Below, in pieces: positions 1 through 12,600 of a DNA stretch of 64,000 nucleotides (position 1 is the stretch's first letter; each line of letters opens with the position of its first letter). Made by a program: the position numbers and the translations under genes. The stretch is from Protoeuglena noctilucae (lineage: Eukaryota), in NCBI GenBank assembly GCA_958009085.1, contig OY253687.1, positions 496,001-560,000 of the forward strand, given 5' to 3'. Below the pieces are notes generated by a model. That model made no database searches. It was given only the letters and a program-made list of their open reading frames with translations, and had not been told where the DNA came from.

Positions 1-332
1 GATATCGCCCCTTGCCATAGCGGCAGTGAGGCCCTCGCAACGCCGCGCGTAGTTGGTGCATCCCTGCCCGAGCTCAAGAGTTCTCTTCATTCGACCTTCT
101 CCACGATTCACTAGGCATGGAGCGGTACCACGAGCAGGGTTGTCCAGATTTTCGGAAGCAGCACATCGAACAGCGACAACCATGTCCAATTCCAATTCAG
201 GCCACGCTGCTGCCAGCCGTTGCCACGCCCAAAGTCTGGCACAGTGGTCCCGAGCCACTCCCGTGCCGTCACTCCCATGCTACAATCTCGTCCCGGAGAG
301 AGTCAGCATCTCGATGCCTCCAGTGAGCACCG

Positions 333-2613
333 CTATGCCTCCCCGGCCCTCCGATAGGACGCCTCGATGAGCTGACTCAGGTGATCCTGCAAACCGCTCT
401 CAATGCGCCTCTGGAACCCCTCCAGCTCCGCCTCCCAGTCGCTGTCGCTGCCCTCGCCAGAGCCAGAAACGCCCTCGGACGCGGTGGTCGGCCCCGACGC
501 GCCGTTCGACTCGGTTAGGCCAAAGAGTGCGTCGAGTTCCTCGGACGACACCTGAGGGAGAGATGAGCACAGACACACTTAAGCAGCGGGCAGAGGCAAC
601 CACCAACACACCGGCATCACCCACCCACACGCCCCTCCTGCGGCACCCGCCCCAACCCTGATCCACCCCTCCCTCACCTGCCCCTCCCGTAGCATCCGCA
701 CCAACTCTTCCCGAGGCAGCCCCACCAAGTGCATTGCCGGACCCCGGCCCACCCCGTTGGCCCCCTGCCCACCCTCCCTCGCGCCCCCGCCCTCGTCCCC
801 CGCGGGCCCAGGCACTCCCACACCCCCCTCGCCCCGCTCCGACTGCCCAGCCCCCTCCCCTTCCCTGTCCCTGCTACCCCCTGAACCCCTAACCGCACTC
901 GTAACCGCACTCGCACCCTCGCCCTCCGCATCGCTGCCCTCCTCTCCCGCCCCCGCCCCCGACTCCGCCCGAGCCGCGTCCCCATCCGCCTTCTTCCCCT
1001 TACGCTTGTGTCGCTTCTTCTTCTTCCCAGCTGCTGCCGCCTGCCCCTCAGCCTCCCGGCCGTCCCGGTCCGCCACCCTCTCCCCGATAAACTCCAGCAG
1101 CTCTTCGACGCTCCGGTGGTCCGAGGGCCCCACCGCACCCCTCGCCCCGTCGGCGCCGGGCCGGGCCCCGTCTGCCGCCGCCGCCAGCGCCCCCACGGCC
1201 CGCTCCAGCCCCGCCTTGGACTCTTTCAGGTCGCTAAGCTTCTTGGTGTACAGCCGCTGCAGCAGCCTCTGCCGCTGCGAGATGGTGCCGCCCTCCGGCA
1301 CCAATGGGTGCAAGTACGTCTCCATCTTCTCTTCCTCCGTCAAGTCGTCAGGCAGGCCAAACACAGTGCGAATCTCCTCTGCAGAACGTCCCTGGATGAA
1401 GCGTGCGATGCCACGGCTGGAGAGGTCCACCAGGGGCTGCGGGCAGGAGGGCAGGAGAGCATGTGGGCCGGGAGTTGGGTGACAGCTGGTCTCATGGGGG
1501 GGTATGCAGCTGTAGAAGCAATGGGGTTGACGGCGCAAGCTGCGAGGAGCGTCCGCAAGCCCTGCACCACCGGTGTCTATGTAGCCGCAGAGATGGTTCC
1601 AAGCTGCCATGGGCTGCTGTGGGCGTCACTGCAGCGTCACCTGCATGTCGAGCGCATCCGAGGCGGAGGCGAGGCCGCACAGCAGACCCGGGCCGAGCTG
1701 CTTGCGAAGGCGCTCGTCAAACTGCTTACGCTCCCTACGCGTCGGGGCGGCCGGGGCGTGGTCAGGGGCGGCGCTGCAGCGTGCGCATGAATGCGAGACG
1801 ATTGATATTGATATTGATAACGCGCGGGCCTCAGCCACACCGCCCGCACCTGTCCGAGCGACCCGGGGATCGATGGAAGGCTGCCCACTCGACGACTGCG
1901 TCCCATGGCTCGGGCAGGACTTGCTTGGGCAGGCGGATGGGCGCATCCTCGGTCAGGCCCAGCTTGGAGGGGAGGAAGACCTGCCGCCGGATGGCGGGGA
2001 TCATCCAAGCCGCTGCGGACGGTGCGGACGAATCGAAATATCACTGGAGAGCGCGTGGGCGTTGAGAGAAACGACGCACGCGCGGCGGCGGCTGCCCCAC
2101 AAGGCGCGCTATGGTGCCCGCGCGCGCTCAGGACCCAGCGCGCGCATGGGCGCATGCGCGAGAGCAGAGAAAGGAAACAGACAGACCAACCTTGCGTGTT
2201 GACCGTTTGAGGCTCGGACTCGCACTCCAACTTGACCCAGAGATTAGGGGGGAGGTCGGGGGGCGGCTCCGGGGCCCTGCGCGGGAGGACGGGGCGTCGA
2301 GCACGGCGTAGTCGACTCCATGTCACGCTGGAATCGCAGGCCTACCATCCCGCCCCGCCATCGCGGCGAGCACCAGTGCACAAACCACGGGCTGATTTGG
2401 ATGGACAGCCCCGGTAGGATGGGGGCTCGAGGCCCCGCCACGACGCTGTGCGGCCTCGCTTCGCTCGTAATGCCGCGTGTCCGTGTGCCCCAGCGCTTCC
2501 GGCGTCGGGGAATCGTCCTGCCCTCACCTGGACTTCTTCTGGAGCAGGCCGACGATATCCCGCACGCTCAGGCCGCCGCCCGCGGGCAGGAATATCTCCC
2601 TGCTTTCTGCCAT
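333..2613 (-). CDS. SKP1-like protein (ASK20/ASK21-type) with long low-complexity C-terminus, multi-exon
   Basis: Spliced peptides AFHRSPGRSDR|ERKQFDERL..LCGLASASDALDMQ|PLVDLSSRGIARFIQGRSAEEIRTVFGLPDDLTEEEK match the SKP1 dimerisation region of ASK21-like proteins. First exon MAESREIF..KKSR joins APEPPPD in frame across a GT-AG intron. Confidence 0.85.
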
Positions 2614-3052
2614 CCCTTCCGGCAAGGACCGCCCCTATTCCTTGGAGGAACTGCACGGGCCGCACAGGCCAGTTCGAAACCGCGCTTCTTCTCTCAAATC
2701 GCCACTCACGCCATGCCACGGAACCCGCTGCGGAGTGCTGGTCACGTCCTGAACAACTGGCGCCGCTGCAGCAGTCACGGCGCACCTGTGGTGCTAAGAA
2801 GCTGTGCAGGACACACGCCAGGATCAATTCTGACAGCTCTTGGCAAAACCTTGCCAGGTTCGATGACCAGCTTGAACACAATGCGGCGAGCGAAACTAAT
2901 GGCGTCACTCTCCTGGAAGCTCTGGCCAGGGTCGCCACGGTAAGAGCTCAGCCACGTTCTGTGATGCCGTCCAGCGTGCACAAACAAACTGGATGCGATG
3001 CCAAGCGGCCAAAACATCGCACCCCGCTCTTCGCTAGCCCCGCACGATATCG

Positions 3053-3991
3053 TCATCCATCGCCGAACATGAAGCGCACCCGGGCGAGGATGGAGTCCTT
3101 GGCGGGGTCGTAGGGGTGGTCCTGCAGCGGGGATGCGGGCGTGAAACAGAGGATCTATGGGCGCGCGAGAATGACACGAGCTACGCAGAGAACAGGGGGG
3201 GGGCATTGGACGGGCAGATAAGAGCAGAGGGTCACACACCCGCGTGCCGTGGTCACTCATGCCTTCCCACCCCACCTTCGAAGGGATTTCCAAGATTGCC
3301 GGGACGGGCTTGTCGTAGCGATCGACGAGCGGCCGGATCTTCTCGGCGACGAACTGGGAAATGAGCACGATGGCGATGTCCTCGCGCCTGTGTCGCAGAA
3401 TGCAGGGCGCTGCCTCGCCTCAGGGAGACGCGATGGCTTGCGTCCGCCTTGCACATAGCCAGGGACGAGGAAGGCCAGCACGCTAGCCCCCAGGAGCTCG
3501 CTGCAACAGAGGACGACGGGCTCTCTCGATGTGCCGCCCCCCAGCCTCACGTGGTGAAGTCCCGGAACGCGTTCTCGATGTCCTTCAGCGCCGTGGAGTC
3601 CTTGACAACGAGGAAATTCGACCGCTTCTTGAAGTCGACGTCCCCGACGCCGGCTAGCAGGAAGCCAGTGATGGTGTCCTGCGGGGGCAGGGCGCGCGCG
3701 TTCGTCAAAGGGATGCGACAGCTGGGGTTGCCATTCGCGCCATACGGATGCCAGGCATGCGTGTGCGCGTCGCGGGGCGAAGTTATCCTCGGGAGAGGCG
3801 GCCAGTGCTTCCCCCGCGCGTGCGACGGGGGAGAGGCGAGGGCGGCTTGGTCCGCGGCAAGCGGCGAACTGGCTTCGCTCCCGCGTCGCACAGGTGGAAA
3901 TCGGGCGGGGTTGCGTCGGCGGACGCACCTCATCGGCAATCATGGCCAGGATGGCGCCATCTAGGGCGTTGGCCGGCCCCTTCTCCCCCAT
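3053..3991 (-). CDS. VHA-F: V-type H+-ATPase subunit F, 4 exons
   Basis: ILAMIADE|DTITGFLLAGVGDVD..NFLVV..IENAFRDFTT|REDIAIVLISQFVAEKIR..PAILEIPSK|DHPYDPAKDSILARV. Confidence 0.97.
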
Positions 3992-4438
3992 CGCGCGGCC
4001 CTGCCGAGGCGGGCGGACCGTGACAGGTGCCCTGTGCAAGCCACTGACTCCCCACGAGTGATGAGAGGGACAGTGCGCTGCAAATCAGTGCCGCTCGAGT
4101 GCTGGCCTGCCGCGCAGTGTCCTGATGCCGACGAGCGCTGCACGCTCCCTCTCGCGATCCAATGGTTGAAACGACGAACTCTGCATCAGCCGGGGATCCG
4201 ATGGCGTCGGCTGCGAGGGGGCCTGTGTCAGACGCGTCTGACTAGGATCACTGCGGCCGGTTTGGTCCCCTTGAGCGCTCACCCGCTCGCTACTTTCGGT
4301 CCCGTCACGGTCGCCTGCTAGGAACTGTCCTTGACCATCCCCTGAGAGCAAAAGCGTCCGCTTGTCTCCCCCGCGCCTCCCCATCAGGCCCGGCCAAACC
4401 GGCCGCTCTTAGTTGCCCGTCGCTCGGTAGTTCCTGCC

Positions 4439-5363
4439 ATGGCACTCAGCTGCGCCCTCGCGGCCACCCCGGCCCGCTTCGTTGCGACGCCCCAGGCCAC
4501 CCCCGCGCGGAGGACGGCCGTCCGCGTGTGCGCCGCCAAGGGTGACGACAAGGGCGTCGTCCGCAAGGGTGAGCGGGCGTTGCGGGCGTCCCAACCGCTG
4601 CGCCCAGCTTCGCCCGCGTCGCCGTGGCCGATGCCGGGCCAAGGTCCAGATCAAGCGGGCAAAACGGCTATCCCGGGGATCCAGGAGGGGCACCTGGGCC
4701 GTCAGGCGGCCCCCCGGACCTCGCAAAGGGGCAGGCGATATCCGCAGTCCCCGTCCGCCATCTGAAGCCGTCGCGCCGCGCCAGATCGTCCAGGGGGACG
4801 AAATAGCCGTTTTCGCTTTTGTGCGGTCCATCCCGCCCGCGGATTTCGCGGACGCGCCCGCGGCCGATCGCATCCTCCTGCATCCCCCTGTTGCGGCCTT
4901 GCCGCGCCCACCGCGCCGCTCTGCGTCGGAACGGCACGTCCGCCGCGCCCTTTACCTTCCCGCAGAGCTGGCTGACGGGTCTATCCTGTACGTGTTCGCC
5001 ACCGCGCCCGAGAAGCCGGCCAAGAAGGCCGCCGAGAAGAAGGAGAAGGCGCCCAAGGCCGCCGCGGCCGCCGCTGCCCCGGCCGCACCTGCTGCTGCCA
5101 GCGACGGGAACGTGTCCGAGGTAGGGAGCGGGGCGGCGGCCCAGTCAGTTGACGAGGGCTGTGGTCGGCCAGCTCGCCACCGTCGGCACATGGCCCGTCT
5201 CCTGCCCTGCCCTCCTGTGCAGTACGGCGTGCCCATGCCGACGAACCGGGTGGAGCCCATCGTGTCGAGCAACACGCCGGAGCAGAACAGGAAGGAGGCT
5301 CAGGAGTGGATCGGCAAGTGGCGGGGCCGGGTCGCCGCGGGGGCCAAGGCGATGGCCATGTGA
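4439..5363 (+). CDS. Small plastid-targeted protein of unknown function, 3 exons
   Basis: Transit-peptide-like MALSCALAATPARFVA..RRTAVRVCAA, then ELADGSILYVF, an Ala/Lys/Pro linker and C-terminal EAQEWIGKWR. Canonical splice sites join the exons in frame. Confidence 0.75.
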
Positions 5364-5658
5364 GACGCTGTGACTTCCGCATCTCCGCATCTCCTAGCAC
5401 GAGGGTCGTGCAGGACGCTCATCAGGCCTTTTGAGCCGGGCGCTTCCCTGCGCCACCGCCAGCCTGGCACGCCCCAGCGCCCTGCACCCTTCCGTCCCAC
5501 TTCACACCCTACCCTTAGCGCTCTCTCTGAAAAGACATTGCGGAGCACGCCGACATCGGTCAGGGCGACCTAGCACTCGCATCCGCGCACATCACATCAG
5601 TGCTGTCGCTGGCATCACATGCCGGCCGCAGCTCCTGTGCCTCGCGAGGTGCCCGATC

Positions 5659-8600
5659 TCAGTTCCGCGACTCCACTAACGTCCGTACCAGGTCCTTCTT
5701 GTTGACCTTGCCCATGGCGTTCCTTGGGATGCGCGGCACCACGAACAGCTTCTGCGGTCCAAACGGGCGAAGCGATGTGAGTCCCCTCGACGTTCCGGCC
5801 ATGGTGAGTCGAGAATCAGCCAATGCCAAGTCGCAATGATGATCGTAAAAAGCGCAGACGGCACCTCGGGGAGGGCGTAGGGCGCCAGCTCATCCTTGAG
5901 GAACTTCCTGAGCTCGTGGATCGTCAGGGAGCGGCCGTCGTGAAGGGCCACGACAGCAGCGACCTTCTGGCCAAGCACTTCGTCTGCCAGACCGACGACG
6001 GCCGCCTCTGCCACCGCGGGGTGCCTCAGCACGGCACTCTCGATGCTGAGCGCGGAGAGCTTGTACCCGCGTGACTGCGAACACAGATCAAGGCGTCAAG
6101 ATTTGTCGCAAAAACCGATGAGTCAACACGTGACAGCACAGCGAGGTGGGGTAGGCGCAAGCTTGATGACAGCGGCTCACGCCTGATCGCCGCCGCGTCA
6201 GGCGGGGCCCATCGCATATTGTGCCGTGCAAGCCGTGCTTCACCTTGAGCACGTCCACGCTGGTCCTGCCCAGGATCACGTATCGCTCTGGGTCTCCCCG
6301 CAGTGCAGCCGTGTCTCCAGTCCGGAACCAAGGGTCCCCGTCCTCACTCGCGCAAAACGCCTCGTCCGTCGCTTGGCGCTTGCCCCAGTACTCCCTGCGC
6401 AACACACAATCACTCGGACGCTTATACTGCCGGTAGGCGAGAGCAGCGAGGATGCATGCGATGGTGCGTGCTGCTGCTGCCCAGAGAGTGCTGCTCACGG
6501 GACTGCTGCACGGTCCCCACCACAGCAGCACATGCCGTCTGTAAAGTACAATCACTCAGTCACTCACCGGAATAGGCATGGTCCCCTGATGAGCAGCTCA
6601 GCGCCGTCGTCAGAGTCGACGCCGCTTGGACTTGCCACGAGCCGCGACGCCTCTGCCGCCCTTGACGACTTGACACCGCGATCACCGCCCGCCGCCCCCG
6701 ACTCCCCCGCCACCGCACCCGCTGCACGGCCGTCGGGCCTCGACGAGCCCGACATGGACAGCGCCGCCGCCTGCGACCCAGCCACCCCGTCGCCACCCCT
6801 CGCAGCTGCCATGTCCAGCTTCGCCTCGCAATAGGGCAGCGGTGTCCCTACCGATCCAGGTCGCCTCTCGCCACGCAGGGGGTTCGACAAGGCCATGCCG
6901 ATCTCCGTCATCCTGGGAAAGCAAAGGCGGCAGCAGACATCTGAGGCCGCTATACCATGCGCACACGCTCGGACAGGAGCAACCCTCCTGTGACTGTAAC
7001 TGCCTCACCCGTATCTCTCGAGCAGGTACGTGCCCGTGGCTGCCTTCCACCTCTCCATAACGGGCACAGGACACGCCGCAGAGCCGCTGACCGCCAGGCG
7101 CAAGCCCCGAGCCGCCTCCTCACATGCACGGCGGTCGGCCTCCGGAAGGCCGTCCAGGTGGCTCAGGAGCAGAGCGTACATGGTCGGGACGCCCATCAGC
7201 GTCGTCAAGCTCCCTTCCCGGAGCCGCCCTGAGGGAACACGCGTGTCGGGTAAGCGTCGCTCCGGAGAGAGGGTTTAACAAGAGCCAGCCATTCCCCTCT
7301 ACTATGTCATACACGCCTCCATCTCATTCCTTGCTAAGACAAGTTTTTAGTTAAGAAGACAGCCCGGGAGTGCTGACACACGAGCTCTCGACACCACATG
7401 TTCACAGTGTGGCGCCTCACCCCATACGTCGCTCGGCACGAACTTGTCCATGAACTCGACCGTGGCGCCTGCATTGTGCGCGCAGAGCCACGCATTGACG
7501 ATGCCGTGGATGTGGTGCATGGGCAGCATGTGCAGGATCGCGTCCTTCTCGCTCCACTCCCACGCCTGCACCACGGCGAGGATGCCAGGAGTATCACTCT
7601 TGACATCATCATGAATATCCCAGCGGTATCGTGGACACCCACAGCAACTCGCTGATGATTGCAGTGCCAACCGCCGAGTTCCATGGGAACCCTGGCAGGG
7701 CTCGCCGCCAGCGACACACCTGACACAGGCTGGCCATCTGCGCTGCCAGAGACGCGTGCGTGTGCAGCACGCCCTTGGGCCGCCCGGTCGTCCCCGAGGT
7801 GTAAATGATCAGAGCGCCCACATCCTCTGCAGATCAAGGGACGCCCAGCGAGCTATAATCCTCAATCATAGTCCCTACCAGTCACCCCATGCAGCGCGGG
7901 ACCATGCCATGGCTGCCGAGGAGCAAGCACCCCGGCTAAAGGTGTGCTCCGCGTGCGTCAGAAAGGTCATTCTCGTACACAGGCAGATGCAGAGGGACGC
8001 CCGCAGCGATGCTGCCCTCGTCTACGGTCCCATGAACGACGTGTGGGAGTGCTGGCTCTGCAATTGGATGTGCAGGAGAATCATCTTCGCGTGGTCGTCT
8101 TCGATGTCACGAAGAAGAAGGTGCGAAGGACGAGGCTCTTGCACATCCAGTTGCAAGACCGACACTCCCATACAGCGCTGTTGGGGTGAGGTCGAGGAAA
8201 ACATGGCCAAGAGCGTCCCTCTACGTGATCTCGCGTGCGGTGAGAACCTTCCTAGCGCCCGGGTGGGATGTCGTCGCCGTCCTTTACGCCGAGCGCGACC
8301 ATGATGCCCGGCTCGCAGACGTCCAGCGGCACATGCACACCGCAGCGACAGCAGACCCCCGGCGCGCCTCGTCACCTGTAGAAAGCAGCCCCATTGTCTC
8401 GGCCTCAAACACGCCCCACGCGTCCCGCGCTCCGAGCCCGCGCATCGCGTCCGCAGCGTCGGCTGCCACGGGCGGGTCCTCGACGACAAGCAGCTCCGCG
8501 CCGAAGTCCCTAGCGAGGGACGCGGCTCGCTCCGTGTGCGGCTCGTCGGCCGCAACGACAGAGACCTGGGAGTCTTGCATGACATAGTCGAGCTCCGCGC

Positions 8601-9197
8601 GCGGGTGGGAGAGCGCCAGGGGAACGAGGATGCCACCCCGCAGCCACGTTCCCCAGGCGGCGGCGGTGAGGGCTGGGCCGGGGTCAGAGAGGAGCGCCAC
8701 GCGCTTGCTGCGGGACACGAGGCGAGCGTGTGTAAGGGTGCCGGATGCGCTGCTAGTAGTCTAGTCTCCTGGACGGCGCGGCAGGCGTGGCTTAGACAAA
8801 CGCTTCTGGCACCTATTCCAAGGCTCGCACCCTCGTCGCAATGGCTTGCTGTGATGGTCGAGGAACCACGGTCGAGACCCACTCGGCACTCGGTAGTGCG
8901 TCCCGGCGCTCGCCGGCGCCTCTCGCGCTCCCAGGCCCGGCGCGATCGGCCACGCATCGGTCTGACACGGCGGCAAGCGCCTCGCGACGCTCACCGAAGC
9001 CGCGAGGAGGTCTGCGTACCTGCGAGCGCACGACAGTTACCATCGCTGCGTGCAATCCGCTGCGGACGCGATGCCCGCGGCGATCGACTGGCGTCGTTTC
9101 CCGAACCAGCTCGCGCTGCAACTCACCTCCAGGCTCTGCCCCCCGAGCGCACGGCGCATCGCTCCGCGTACTTGACGGCACGCAGAGGGACCTCCAT
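5659..9197 (-). CDS. AAE13: Malonyl-CoA synthetase (AAE13/ACSF3/MatB-like ANL-superfamily ligase)
   Basis: AMP-binding IIYTSGTTGRPKGV, LPMHHIHG, LLERYG|MTEIGMALSNP, WFRTGD, ILGRTSVDVLK, IPRNAMGKVNKK. Start inferred at MEVPLRAVK. Confidence 0.9.
8041..8173. ncRNA. Long imperfect hairpin (pre-miRNA-like) inside the 549-nt intron (7827-8375) of the malonyl-CoA synthetase gene
   Basis: Arm GTGTGGGAGTG..TGCAATTGGATGTGCAGGAG..CTTCGC pairs with GCGAAG..CTCTTGCACATCCAGTTGCA..CACTCCCATAC over about 50 bp. Function is inferred. Confidence 0.5.
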
Positions 9198-9648
9198 GCT
9201 GCTGCTCTACTCGCGCGGGCTACCTGTAGATCTCGGTCTCTCAAAGGTTCGCGCTTGCTACCTCCTACGATGCCACGCGCGTCCCTGGGAGGTGACGGCC
9301 CGGTAGGGAAGGAGGGGCCGAGGCACGCTCGCGGCTGCGGACGAGGACGTGGCAGCCGACCCCGTCTCGACGAAGTGCGGGAACGAGAGGAACATCAGGA
9401 TGCGTTTTCCAGGCCAAAGGGGCCTCCGCTTGCTTCAGGTCGACGCGCCTCGCCTGCCAGAACTGGCAGCCACAGCTCGGGCATCTCGGGGAATCTCGGC
9501 CGCGATTACCGTCAGACTTCTGACGGTAGCACCGAGCATATGTGGTTCGCTGAGAAACATTGGGAGTGCTTCTTCGAACCCCCAACGCGCTGCCGGGAGC
9601 CGGCCGCAACGTGTGCCTTTTCGCTGGGCCGGTGAAGCCCAGCGGTCA

Positions 9649-12600
9649 ATGCTAGGGACCAGAATGGCCGTCCGGCTACATGCATCGAGCTTGGAAATCT
9701 GCGGGAGCCGTCGCGACCGCGGATCGGGGCCTAAGCCGATCGCGCATCGCAGGCGAGCAATATGCTCACGAGCTGCCCCCCGCGCCGCCCGCCCTGTCCT
9801 GGCTGGCCCCCAGCGTGGCGGCGGCATGTCTATCGTTGTCGACGTCGCATGGAATCATGATCGAGGACGCTTGTGCTGCCGGCGCGGAGTGCGCGCCTTG
9901 CAGTAACTGTCGCATTGCAGCCCCGCTGCGCGCGTGGCTTGGCCTATGGCGTGCGCTGGATGGTCGTGTTGGGCACAAACGACGAAAGACACATCACGCG
10001 ACCGCCCGATCAAGCGAGACGTGGTCCGAGTCCCCGCAGGACGCCCGCGAGGCGCACGTCAGGCTTTCTCGTCGGCGCGGGCCCCTCTTCCGCTTCCGCG
10101 GCTGTAAGGACCGCGGATGTGGCCGAGAACCTCGAGATCGTCTCTGCGACCGTCTCGGATGCGGCAGCCACCGTGAACACGATCATCACCACCGCAGCGC
10201 TGGAGGGCGGAGAGGTCACGGTCTTAACGCTCCCTCCCACGGACCCGGCCTCCTCGGGCTTCAAGAGGTGAGCGGCTTGACGCCATGATTGCTTTCAAAG
10301 AGAAACTCTTGGGATTTGCGGCGACAGGTAAACCGACCGGCAATAAACATCGCCTTCCTTTTCGCAGGGAGGTGGTCACGCTGCGAATTTGGACGCCGCC
10401 CGACTTCGCGCCGCACTCGGTTTGTGCGAAGCGGACGCCCGTGGTCTTCCTGAACGACGGGCAGAACCTTTTTGACGCCAAGCTGTGCATGTCGGGGCAG
10501 AGCTGGGAGGCGGCGCAGGTAAGCTATGCTGAGCACGTCGTGCCTCAAGTTCATAACATGAAGGAACGTGCGACACTGGTCCACCACGTCCACCAAATCT
10601 ACAGCCACCCACCCCACCCTGGCCGCAGACGGCGTGCGAGCTCATCGACGCTGGCGAGTGTGCCCCGTTTGTCATCGTGGGCATCGACCACATGAACGAC
10701 AAGCGGCCTCTGTACTACTGCCCCGTCAAACCCGGGACGGGCGGGTTCCTCACCAACCCAAACGCCAAGGACTTCCGACCTGAGGCCAAGGTGCAAGGCC
10801 CTGATGTGCGCTTGAGATGTCGGCGATGTCGAGCTTGTTGAGGAGTAGAGACTCCTCATAACAGACCTTGCCCACCAGCAGCCACTGCCTCGCCGTGCTG
10901 CGATTGCGCGCGACGATGGCACATGCCGACGGCTGTCCTGTGATGCGCCCTTCTCAGTGCCTTTCTGACAAGCCGCGTCAGTTGCTGCGCGCAGAACTGG
11001 CCGGGCGGTGAGGCTTTCTCCTATGTGGACCGGGTGGTGGAGGAGATCGTGCCTTTCGTGCTCGACCGTCTGGGCATCGACCACGACCCGGCCCTCCTGG
11101 TGACGATTGCACATTCCTTAGTACTATTGAGACGACTGCAGGCTCTGAGGTCGAGCAGGCGTTTGGGCTCATTCATGTGTCATCGTTTGCCCAATGTCTC
11201 TCTCCCACCCCCGATGCCATCTGCAGACGTTCGGCGGGTCCTCCTTTGGCGGCATCTGCTCCCTCGTGATGGCCATGCGCCACCCGGGGGCCTTCGCCAA
11301 CCACATCGTGGAGTCTCCCTCCTTCTGGATGGACAACGGGCGATTCCTCCAGCAAGGTATCGAACCCATACCTAGTCCCTTCCTTCTGTTGCAGCACGTT
11401 ATCAGCGCCAAACCGTGCCATGCAACGTGACCCTCCCATCTGCAGTGCTGGACTTCAAGGGCCCCTGGCCGCAGCGGATGTTCCTAGCCATGGGGAGCAA
11501 AGAGTACACGGGTGAGGCTGGCGCTTTACACAGGGTTGCCACGCCTGCGACTCTCCACGCGTGTCGGTACAAACGTAGTGTCGGTGCCGACGTCGACCTT
11601 GCTCGATGTGCTCAACCATCCCCTGCTCCACGTTCCCCAGGCACGCGTGGCAAGACCGCGAGCGCCGTGGTGGACAAGGGCCTGGTTGACAGCTACGAGA
11701 TCTTCCTGCAGCACCTCCAGACCCAATGCGGCCTCGAGCCCTGGAGGATCCAAGCCATGCTCGACTCTCGACCCGAGGCCTTTGCCCACACGGAGAAGTC
11801 CTGGGCTGTGAGGCTCCCTGATGCGCTGCGCTACTTCTTGCGGGACCCGATGCTCGCCGCCACAGAGCGGCGGGCCGTGTGGACGGTCCCTGCGCAGCCG
11901 GAGCCGGGCAGGCCTGCGATGTTCTATGCTCGGAGGGACCGCCTGCCTGCATTCCGTGAGACGGACGGGCCCCTGGTGAGGCCGAGGGGTGTCATGGAGC
12001 GCGAAGGGTGTCGATGTTGGGGGTGTCTCGATGTTGATGGCATGGACTTGGTGAAACAACTGGGAATGGCCTGGCTGCGTGGCTTGTCCGCAGAAACTGC
12101 ACCCGGGATGGAACAATTGGAGCCTGGGGACCGCACAAGACATCGAGCTGAAAGAGCTGGTGAGTCGAGCCAGTGTAACCATGTTCGTCGAGCAAGGTGG
12201 TGGGCCAGGGTGTCACAGATTGTACGCATGCAAAGCGGCGAGTGGCGTCGAAAAGTTACTAGCAACCCATGTAGTGGCTACACTGGCGTGCACGACTCCT
12301 CACCTCCCCGGCCCACCGCTCAACAGTGACACCCGATCCCCACCGCGCCTGTCCCACAGCCGGGCGTCCCGAACGTCTACTCCTGCCGCATCGAGGTGCC
12401 CCAGGATGCCTGGGACATGAACTTCGTCTTCACGGACGGCCACGGCAACTGGGACAGCAACAGTGGGTCCGAGTTCCGACACCGTGTCGATGCCTCTCGG
12501 CGCCTGGCCTCGCAGCAGGGCCCTGCCACCGTCGAGAAGGCCGCCGAGGTCGCGCGGACGCACGCGGGGGAGATGGCGAAGCTCAAGTGGGACAAGACCG

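Noticed and set aside
1800..1819. GATTGATATTGATATTGATA short tandem repeat
   Set aside because: A simple intronic microsatellite with no further signal.
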